A DNA stretch of 64,000 nucleotides from assembly GCA_964603985.1 (NCBI GenBank), contig CAZRXG010000024.1:460-64459 (forward strand). The letters are read 5' to 3'. The stretch comes from an uncultured Anaerolineae bacterium (GTDB lineage: Bacteria; Chloroflexota; Anaerolineae; Aggregatilineales; UBA3940). The notes under the pieces were generated by a model. That model was not told the origin of the DNA. It saw only the letters and a program-made list of their open reading frames with translations, and ran no database searches. Shown piece by piece: positions 48,370-56,097 of the stretch. The translations under genes were made by a program, and so were the position numbers. How positions within the stretch are numbered: position 1 is the first letter of the stretch; each line of letters begins with the position of its first letter.

Positions 48370-51198
48370 TCAGTGCATAACATTACCCAAGGCAGTGCAA
48401 GCCGGGCAACTGCCGTTGGGTCGTATAATGGCGTACCCGGCCATCGGATCGTCGCCCCAATAGGTGAAGTCGACGTTCCACACGATCATCAGGCGCACCT
48501 GGCCGCTTTCCTTGCATAACTGCGCCGCCTCGGCCAGCCAGGCAGCCTGCTGAGCAACGATTGTATTGGCAGCCCAGCTAAAGCGCTCCGGCACGCCGCC
48601 GTAGCCCTCCCCACTGAGATACCCCAGTTCGGTGAAGCAGACGGGCCGGGCAAATGTGCCCCCGTACAGTTGGAGCATGCCCTTGAAGTACCAGCTATAG
48701 TGCTGGTAACCGGGGTCGGCGGGGTGGCCGGTCCCCCACGAGGGCGGCGTCGCGCCGGAGTTGTAGTGTGCGCCCACACAGTCCATGTAGTTGACCGCGC
48801 CCGCCTCGGCCATCTGCTGCAGATAGAGCCAGTCGTCGCAGCCGTAACCCTGCAAGGAGCATCCCCCCTCGCCGAAGTACGCGCCGGTCGGCGCGGGAGC
48901 AGCCGAGATCACCATGATGTTCGGGTTAACGCTCTTAATGGCGTTGTAGGCCGGGGCGAGCAACTCGCGCGTGTAGCGCCCGCCGTCGATCTGGCCACGC
49001 GGCCACTCACGGTCGATGTTGACCTCGTTCCACACCTCGATGGCATCCGGCCCGTAGTATGCCACGCCCCGCAGGAAGTCGAGATAGGCTTCTACGTCGA
49101 TCTCCGTCGGGTACTTGGCCTGGCCGGTGATGCTGAGCAGCACCTTGAAATTTTCGCTCCGCCCACGGTCGATCAGGTCCCAAGCGACGCGCGGGTCCAT
49201 GTCTTCGCCCCAGGCCAGTTGGAACTTGACCCAATCCATGCCCGCCTCGCGCATCCAGTCGGGGTTGCGGATGACGTGGTTGGTCTGGCCGCCCAGTTCG
49301 AAGTTGCCGAATGCTCCCGCTGGCACGAGAGGCGGCGGCAGATCGTCAGGGATGGGCACCTCCTGGTCGGAGGCCTGGGCGGGCATCTCGTCCGGTGCGC
49401 CGACCACGACGGCCTCCTGGCTGGGCACGACGCCCACCGTCTCGCCGCCAACGATGAGCGCCATCGCGCCGCGCTCAGAGATGTCCCCTCCGACCAGATC
49501 CGCGCTGACGACGTACTCACCTTCCGATTCCGGCGTCCACTCCAGCCCCGTGCCCAGGTCGGTGATTGCCTCGGACAGGACCGCACCGCTGGCATCCTGC
49601 ACCGTCCACTGCAAAGATAGGGTCGGGTTCAGGGTGGAGGGCTGGCCGACTTTGAACTCCTGCACTGCGATGAGCATCCCGGCGGCGTTGTCCTCGGCGA
49701 GCAGATCCTCGATGATGATGCCGCCGACGTGATGGGCCGCAACCCAGTCGAGGCGCTCACGTAGCGCAGCCGCCGTCATCAACCAGATGCGGTGTTCGCC
49801 GCCCCCGGCGGAGATCTCGTAGTAATAAATACCGCTCTGCCGGTCACGGGTGACGTTACCGGCCTCTCCCACCAGGTCAAAGGCAAACGTCTGGCCCGAC
49901 TCCGGGTGAAGCGCAGTGCCGGGAGACTCCGGACTGACATCGACCTCACCCAGCGGCGTGAGCGCATACTCGTAGGTGATGGGATTGAGCTGACCGGCCC
50001 ACTCATCAATGCTCAGGGTGGAGAACGCGACGTAAAGCTTGATGCCGCTCACCTCGCCGCTGGCCCACGTCAGAAACCGGTCGGTCAGCCCGCCGGGAAC
50101 GTACTCGCCGGGGCTGCCCGGCGGCGTGACGATCAGAATGTCGGCCAGTTCCCCTAGTTTCCCCCAGTCATATGGGCCGCCATCCCAGCCGGAGTCGGTC
50201 TGAACCGGCGTAGGCAGGCGCAGAGCAAGCAGCTTGTCCTTCCCACCCAGTTCTGACGCGAGATCCTTGGCCAGCGCGTGGAAAGCCGCTTGGTGGGCGT
50301 CGTCTATCTCTCCGTAATCGAGCGCCACCCCCGCGAATTCCTGCCCGGCGAGCAGGGCCGAGACGCTTTCAACGTGCGCTTTCCGGGCGCTGTTGCTTCC
50401 GAGCAATTCGCCAAGCGCCACCGGGTCGGACGGGCGGATGAGCGGCAGAACAGTGTAGCTGCCGACCGGCAGGTTGTCTGTATCCAGGGCCCCGGTATCG
50501 AGCGTGCCGTCGGCCTGTGCCTCGGCCCCCTCGACGAGCAGCAGGTTGATGGCCGCTGCGTATGTCCCGTCGAGTGACTGATCCCCGGTTAAGATCGTGC
50601 CGATCAGGGGGGCAACTGCGCCGTGCCAGAAGAGGGCAACCGGCCCCTTAACCGGCTGCGCCCGAAGTGCGCCCGCCTCGGCATCGATCTGTGCCGGGAC
50701 GAAGCGCCACTGACCGGCCTGTGCATCCCACCGGTAGAGGGCATAAGCAGCCGCGTCCTCGCCGAGGCCAAAGACCAGCCGCACGTCTGCGCTGCGTGTG
50801 GTGATCTCGTAGATCGGGCTGATTGGCTTGAGATAGGCCGGTAGGGCCTCCGCGGCAGCCAGCCACCGGCGTTCTATGTCCCCCCCGAAGACGTTATCCG
50901 CCGGGGTTACCTCGACACGCACGCGGGCAGCCCGCTTACCCTCAAGCGTAACGTTCAGGTACTCGTCAACGCGCATGCTTGGCTCCCCGCCCGTGAGGCG
51001 GGTAGATCGCCCGCTCCCCACCACCAGCAGCCCGGCGACGACCAGCACAATGCCGGCCAGGGCAATCACTCCCCACTTCGTAGGAACGCCCCTGAACAGG
51101 CTGATGGCCCGCGCGAGCCAGGTGGGTTGCTCCTGCCGGGGAGTGGATGGGCGAGCGTCCGGCGCAGTCGGAGCCAGCTTGGTTGGTTCCTCAAACAT
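48370..51198 (-). CDS. large envelope protein, paralog 2 (same architecture, TM anchored)
   Basis: TM helix WGVIALAGIVLVVAGLLVV. FAGVALDYGEI; IEVWNEVN; VCFTELGY. Ends CPACTALGNVMH. Confidence 0.78.
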   Translation of the reverse strand: MFEEPTKLAPTAPDARPSTPRQEQPTWLARAISLFRGVPTKWGVIALAGIVLVVAGLLVVGSGRSTRLTGGEPSMRVDEYLNVTLEGKRAARVRVEVTPADNVFGGDIERRWLAAAEALPAYLKPISPIYEITTRSADVRLVFGLGEDAAAYALYRWDAQAGQWRFVPAQIDAEAGALRAQPVKGPVALFWHGAVAPLIGTILTGDQSLDGTYAAAINLLLVEGAEAQADGTLDTGALDTDNLPVGSYTVLPLIRPSDPVALGELLGSNSARKAHVESVSALLAGQEFAGVALDYGEIDDAHQAAFHALAKDLASELGGKDKLLALRLPTPVQTDSGWDGGPYDWGKLGELADILIVTPPGSPGEYVPGGLTDRFLTWASGEVSGIKLYVAFSTLSIDEWAGQLNPITYEYALTPLGEVDVSPESPGTALHPESGQTFAFDLVGEAGNVTRDRQSGIYYYEISAGGGEHRIWLMTAAALRERLDWVAAHHVGGIIIEDLLAEDNAAGMLIAVQEFKVGQPSTLNPTLSLQWTVQDASGAVLSEAITDLGTGLEWTPESEGEYVVSADLVGGDISERGAMALIVGGETVGVVPSQEAVVVGAPDEMPAQASDQEVPIPDDLPPPLVPAGAFGNFELGGQTNHVIRNPDWMREAGMDWVKFQLAWGEDMDPRVAWDLIDRGRSENFKVLLSITGQAKYPTEIDVEAYLDFLRGVAYYGPDAIEVWNEVNIDREWPRGQIDGGRYTRELLAPAYNAIKSVNPNIMVISAAPAPTGAYFGEGGCSLQGYGCDDWLYLQQMAEAGAVNYMDCVGAHYNSGATPPSWGTGHPADPGYQHYSWYFKGMLQLYGGTFARPVCFTELGYLSGEGYGGVPERFSWAANTIVAQQAAWLAEAAQLCKESGQVRLMIVWNVDFTYWGDDPMAGYAIIRPNGSCPACTALGNVMH

Positions 51199-51218
51199 GA
51201 AGCGTCTACGACCTCATC

Positions 51219-53897
51219 TCAAGGCTGCACTGCGTGCAGGGTATCGCAGGCCGGGCAGCCCCCGCCAGGGCGGATGATCGCGTAGCCGCCCTGCGGGTCC
51301 GAGCCGTAGACGGTGAAGTCCACGTTGAAGATGATCATCAGGCGCACTTTGCCACTCTGCGACGAGAGCACCGCCGCCTCGGCCAGCCAGGCGGCCTGCT
51401 CGGCGACGGACGTGTTCTGCGCCCAGGAGAAAGCCTGCGGCAGCGCACCGTAGCCTTCGGGCGAGAGATAACCCAGTTCGGTGAAGCACAGCGGCTTGCC
51501 GAAAGTCCCGTAGTACAGGTCTAGCATGCCGAAGAAGTAGCGTGTGTAGTGCTCGCTGCGCGGGTCGCCGCTGGTCTGGGACGGTGGGATGATGCCCTCG
51601 TTGTAGTGGATGCCAACGCAGTCCAGGTGATTGGCGGCCCCCGCATCACGCATCTGCGCGAGGTAGAACCAGTCGTCGCAGCCCTCAGGCGCACACCCAC
51701 CCCAGTAACCGGTAGGCGATGGTGCGCCGGAGATGACCATCACGTTTGGATTCGCAGCTTTAATGGCCTGGTAAGCGGGCGCAAGCATGTTGTTGACGTA
51801 GTTCGCGCCGTCGATCTGCCCGTAAGGCCACTCGCGGTCGAGGTTCATCTCGTTCCAAACCTCGATGGCATCCGGCCCCAGCGCGGCGACCCCGGCCAGG
51901 TATTTGACGTAGGCGTTGTAGTCGATGGCGTCGGGGTGATCGCCGCCGGGGATGCTCAAAAGCACCTTGAACCCCAGCGAGTGCGCCTGAGAGATGCGCC
52001 CGCCGACCGATCCACTGGGATCGTCACCGCGGCCCCACTTATGCTGGAACTTGACCCAGGTCATGCCCGCCTGTCGCATCGCGTCCGGGTGTTCGAGCGT
52101 GTGTGTCTGGCCGCCCAGTTCAAACGCGCCGGGCGCAATTGCGTCGCCGACCGGGGCCTGGGTGGGTTCCGCGGCGGGCGCCGATGTCTCGTCCGGGTTG
52201 GGCGTGGCTCCCGGATCGGGTGTGGCGGTCGGCGTCGGCTGGTCGGCGTTGGGAGGGGCCGCGCCCACCTCGACGACCACCTGCCCGCGCCCGCTCTCGC
52301 CCGACTGGCCGCTGATCCCGGCGCTGACGACGTACAGGCCCGGTTCGGCGACGGCCTGCCACAGGTATTGCAGCAGCGTGAGGTCGCCCTGGGCCTGGCT
52401 CAGGCTGGCCCCGGACGAGGTTTGCGTGCGCCACACAATCGCCAACGGTTCCGGGTCGCTGATAGGCTGCTGGTTGAGAAAGGCGCTGATGCCATCCCCC
52501 AGGCGATGAGGCGCATCCGGGTGGACGAGGCCATGCACAACGACGGTTCTCAGGCCGTAGTAGCGGGCCCAGGCCAGCTTACGCTTCAAGTTTTGGGCCG
52601 AACCAAAATAGACGTGATGCAACTGCGTGGCTTCGTCGTGATAGGTCAGGTAATTCATGCCAAGCGGTACGTCGAAGCCCATCGAGTCGATCTGGCCGGT
52701 GAGACGGAAGGGGACGGGGTTGCCCGGCACTATCGGGACGGTGGGGTCAATGTAACCCTCGATCGGCTGGATGCTCCCGAAAAGTGCCATCGCGTCTTCC
52801 GTCTGGATGGGTGTCACGCTCTCGCCGCTCACGTCGACGTTCAGGCCGCTGACCAGCAGGCCGAGTTTGTTGCGGTCGACCATGTCTACCAATCCGGCCA
52901 GCATCTCCTGGGCGGGGCCGTTGGGCAGGTAAACCGTCGGGTTGTCGCCAGGGGCGACCAGGATGTGGTCTGCATGGCGGGCCAGCGTGGCGGGGTCGTA
53001 GGCCGATGGAGAGAGACCGCGCAGGACAATGTCCAGGCGTTTGCCGTGCGCGTGAACCTCTTCGGCCAGCCTGGCGACGAGTTCGGCATAGCCCTCACCG
53101 GGGTCGAAGTCGAGCACCAGGCCATCGTAGGGGGTGAGGAGCGGCATCAGGTAGTTAACGATGGTATCCTGCCGGGCGGGATCGGTATAAGTGGTCAGCC
53201 CGCCCAGCCGATTTTCGATCAGCGGCATCACGGTTGAGCCGTCACCGCTGACCGGTTCGCCGACGAACTCACCTTCGGCGGAGATATAGACGCCCTCCAG
53301 AATGGCGAGGCCATAGTTGGGGTCGAGATCGGGGCTCCCTACGCTGAAGATCACGCCCACGGCCGGCGACTGCGGTTCGACGCGCCCGGCGAGCACGCTG
53401 ATCGGCAGGCTCTCCGGCTGGAAGACAATCACCTGGCGGGCCTGATCCTGATCGCCGGGCACGAAGACCCAGGCACCGGTTTCCTCGTCCCACCGGTAGA
53501 GGTCAAGCAGCGCCAGAGGGTCCGCCTCGTTGGGGATCGCCATCTCCGCGACGATCTGTCCCTCATCGCGCCCTCTCACAGTGTAGATCGGGCTGAGCGG
53601 GGTCAGGTAGGCGGGCAGAGCTTCGCGTGCCGCGCGCCACGATTTATCTGCCTGGCCGGTGAGGAAAGTCTCGCGCGGAATGCTCTCGATCTCGACCTGT
53701 GCCGCTTCGGTTCCCTCGGCCAGCCTGACAACCAGGCCGTCGGGGTGGGACGTGGTCGGGTTGGCCGCGTCGAGCCTGACATATGCCCCATCTCGACCCG
53801 GCACCAGCACCACGATCAGTACTACCACGACGGCGGCGATCAGCACGCCACCACCGATCATGATCCAGGTTCGTTTAGGTAGGCTGCCGAGGCGCAT
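51219..53897 (-). CDS. large envelope protein, paralog 3 (same architecture, TM anchored)
   Basis: Start moved to ATG 53897 (MRLGSLPKRTWIMIGGGVLIAAVVVVLIVVLV) by alignment with the paralogs; the longer track ORF overlaps the divergent DUF1624 gene. IEVWNEMN; LCFTELGY. Ends CPACDTLHAVQP. Confidence 0.78.
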   Translation of the reverse strand: MRLGSLPKRTWIMIGGGVLIAAVVVVLIVVLVPGRDGAYVRLDAANPTTSHPDGLVVRLAEGTEAAQVEIESIPRETFLTGQADKSWRAAREALPAYLTPLSPIYTVRGRDEGQIVAEMAIPNEADPLALLDLYRWDEETGAWVFVPGDQDQARQVIVFQPESLPISVLAGRVEPQSPAVGVIFSVGSPDLDPNYGLAILEGVYISAEGEFVGEPVSGDGSTVMPLIENRLGGLTTYTDPARQDTIVNYLMPLLTPYDGLVLDFDPGEGYAELVARLAEEVHAHGKRLDIVLRGLSPSAYDPATLARHADHILVAPGDNPTVYLPNGPAQEMLAGLVDMVDRNKLGLLVSGLNVDVSGESVTPIQTEDAMALFGSIQPIEGYIDPTVPIVPGNPVPFRLTGQIDSMGFDVPLGMNYLTYHDEATQLHHVYFGSAQNLKRKLAWARYYGLRTVVVHGLVHPDAPHRLGDGISAFLNQQPISDPEPLAIVWRTQTSSGASLSQAQGDLTLLQYLWQAVAEPGLYVVSAGISGQSGESGRGQVVVEVGAAPPNADQPTPTATPDPGATPNPDETSAPAAEPTQAPVGDAIAPGAFELGGQTHTLEHPDAMRQAGMTWVKFQHKWGRGDDPSGSVGGRISQAHSLGFKVLLSIPGGDHPDAIDYNAYVKYLAGVAALGPDAIEVWNEMNLDREWPYGQIDGANYVNNMLAPAYQAIKAANPNVMVISGAPSPTGYWGGCAPEGCDDWFYLAQMRDAGAANHLDCVGIHYNEGIIPPSQTSGDPRSEHYTRYFFGMLDLYYGTFGKPLCFTELGYLSPEGYGALPQAFSWAQNTSVAEQAAWLAEAAVLSSQSGKVRLMIIFNVDFTVYGSDPQGGYAIIRPGGGCPACDTLHAVQP

Positions 53898-54122
53898 CCT
53901 GATTTGCGCCAGTATGCCCGTGATCGTCTCCAAATGATCAGATCCTTGTACAGCGAAAAGGCGGCCCGACTGCTTTTGCCGCCCCCTGTCTGGACTTTGC
54001 GAGTGTACCTCATGTGGGCTGCATTCTACCGTGCGCCCCTTGAATCTGCAATAAAGCCAATCGTGTATAATGGCCCTGCCCGACCCTGGCGCACACACGC
54101 CAGATGAGGCGGTAAACGCACT

Positions 54123-55274
54123 ATGAAACAACCCCCCAATCCGGCAAATGAGCCTGTGCCCCGTCTGCCGTTTATCGACTTTGGGCGTGGCCTCGTGATG
54201 GTGCTGATGGCATGGGATCACGCTTCGGCATTCTGGAACCCCGGTCGGCGGGCCAACGAAGGGCTGATGGGGATGCAGCCCGCGTTCCCGAGCCTGACAC
54301 AGTTCCTGCTGCGCTTTGTGACCCACTTTGTCGCGCCGACGTTCATCTTCCTGGCGGGTACGTCACTGGCGCTCTCGGCGGCCAGGCGTCTGGCACGGGG
54401 ACAGTCCCAGGCCAGCCTATCACTGCATATGGTCGTCCGTGGAATGGTGCTTCTGGCGTTTGAGGCGCTGCTCGTTGCCCCGGCATTCGATCTGCCGCGG
54501 CTTTACTTCGGTGTGATCGCCTGCATCGGCGTGTGTCTGGTGCTGTTCAGTGCCCTGCGCTTCCTGCCCCCGCCCGTCATCCTGGCCCTCTCGGCGGTCA
54601 TTATCCTCGGCCACCCCCTCCTGAACCTCGACTTCATCCCCGACGGCCGTACCGCGCCCCTGGGTCATTATCTGCACGTCATCACGCACGAGCCACGCTT
54701 TGATTTCTACCCATATGTCGGTCTCTACCCCATCATTCCCTGGCTGGGCGTGATGGGTCTCGGCTGGTGCTTTGGCATTTTCCTGCATCGCTTCGATTGG
54801 TCGCAGCCCCGGCGGCTGGCATTGGGGCTGGCCGGGACAGGGGGCGTGTTGTATGCCGCGTGGTTTGTCGTGCGGCTGCTGAACGGCTACGGCAACCTCC
54901 TGCCGCGCCAGGGCAGCGCCCTTGTCGACTGGCTGTACGTCTCAAAGTACCCGCCAAGTCCGGCTTTTCTGCTGTTCACGCTGGGGGGGATGTGCTTCAT
55001 CCTGGCGCTGGGGGTCGCGCTGCAGGATCGACTGGATTTCAAGCGCGGCCTTACGGGGGCTATCGCGACGATGGGGCGCGTGCCGCTCTTCTTCTACCTG
55101 TCTCACCTGTGGCTGTATAAGGTCGCCCCGCGTCCATTCGCGGGCCTGTTTGATGCCAGATTACTCGCGACGGCGATCTTCTGGGCAGCCGGGCTGGCGC
55201 TCCTGTGGCAGTTGTGCGCCCTATACGGGGAGTTGAAGCGACGCCATCCGGGGTCGGTGCTGCGGTACGTGTGA
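54123..55274 (+). CDS. DUF1624 / heparan-alpha-glucosaminide N-acetyltransferase-like membrane protein
   Basis: FIDFGRGLVMVLMAWDHASAFW N-terminal signature followed by about 10 TM helices. Confidence 0.75.
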   Translation: MKQPPNPANEPVPRLPFIDFGRGLVMVLMAWDHASAFWNPGRRANEGLMGMQPAFPSLTQFLLRFVTHFVAPTFIFLAGTSLALSAARRLARGQSQASLSLHMVVRGMVLLAFEALLVAPAFDLPRLYFGVIACIGVCLVLFSALRFLPPPVILALSAVIILGHPLLNLDFIPDGRTAPLGHYLHVITHEPRFDFYPYVGLYPIIPWLGVMGLGWCFGIFLHRFDWSQPRRLALGLAGTGGVLYAAWFVVRLLNGYGNLLPRQGSALVDWLYVSKYPPSPAFLLFTLGGMCFILALGVALQDRLDFKRGLTGAIATMGRVPLFFYLSHLWLYKVAPRPFAGLFDARLLATAIFWAAGLALLWQLCALYGELKRRHPGSVLRYV

Positions 55275-55298
55275 GGCTTCAGTTGGTGAGGCTGCGAC

Positions 55299-55784
55299 CT
55301 ATTTTTTGCGCCCGCTGGGCAGTTCGCCCCTGATGATCAGCTCTTCGGCCAGCGTGCGGGCCAGCTTTTTGTACAGGATGGCAGCGCCGCGAGCTTCCTT
55401 CTCCTCAAGGGCTTCCAACGTCGCAGGCGTCACCTTGAGCACCCGGATATCGGTTCCGGCCAGGACGGTCGCCAGGCGAGGCTGCTGCACCAGCAGGGCC
55501 AGCTCCCCGAACGACTGCCCCGCCGCGATGATGCTGAGCGTCTGCTCGGTGCCGGTTCGCCGGTCGATGCCGACCACGAGCGCGTATCCCTCCATTACCA
55601 GGTACATGGCGTCGCCTTCGTCGCCCTCTTTGAAGATCGTGGATTGCGCCTTGTAGGTCAGTTCCTCACCCATCGAGCGCACGGCCTCAAATGCCTCGCC
55701 CTCAAACTGCCACGAGACTTCCCAGAAATCGGGTTCGACGGTCATGCTGATTCCCTCGCTACTCGTTGAGACGGCTTCTATCAC
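55299..55784 (-). CDS. cyclic-nucleotide-binding domain protein (no DNA-binding domain)
   Basis: 161 aa with FKEGDEGDAMYLVMEGYALV, GQSFGELALL and PRLATV. Confidence 0.8.
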   Translation of the reverse strand: MIEAVSTSSEGISMTVEPDFWEVSWQFEGEAFEAVRSMGEELTYKAQSTIFKEGDEGDAMYLVMEGYALVVGIDRRTGTEQTLSIIAAGQSFGELALLVQQPRLATVLAGTDIRVLKVTPATLEALEEKEARGAAILYKKLARTLAEELIIRGELPSGRKK

Positions 55785-55960
55785 CCGCTACTCCTCAGTA
55801 GCCTACAACAAGGGCGGCGATCAGACAAGTCGGGCGATAGAGACCGCCCCCCTACTCCGCCGGGCATGACAAGCTCGCTCCTGTCAGGTGCATCCTCCCC
55901 GGGGAGTGTTCGCGGGACCGTGCGGGCGGGTCATCGTTGGGGGGCCGTAGGGGCCGCGCA

Positions 55961-55989
55961 TTGCTGACCACCCCTACACGGGCTATAAT
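55961..55989 (+). promoter_or_regulatory. candidate promoter for the PBP gene
   Basis: TTGCTG (55961-55966), 17-nt spacer, TATAAT (55984-55989). Confidence 0.45.
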
Positions 55990-56097
55990 CTGGCCCGCTT
56001 TTGAAGGACCACGCAGGGGCCGGAAGCGCAGAGCCGGAGACCGGCCCCTTGAGTTGTATTTGCATAACAGGTTGTAAAAGCAGGCTTTACAGGAGTT

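Noticed and set aside
48288-48383. 14-nt overlap between paralog 1 (track start 48383) and the paralog 2 stop (48370), considered as possible recoding.
   Set aside because: The internal ATG at 48287 has a GGAGA SD and yields a textbook lipoprotein signal peptide, so no recoding is needed.
51549-53237. 562-aa plus-strand ORF. The same applies to 45507-46805, 48670-49620 and 61560-63116.
   Set aside because: All are antisense to long genes with clear catalytic motifs (the GH paralogs, Elp3). Their translations are Arg/Gly/Val-rich with no motifs.
53898-54326. 143-codon N-terminal extension of the 1035-aa ORF.
   Set aside because: The extension overlaps the divergent DUF1624 gene start (54123) by about 200 nt. 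It has no counterpart in the two paralogs and is Cys/His/Arg-rich. The internal ATG at 53897 gives the same basic-plus-TM N-terminus as the paralogs.
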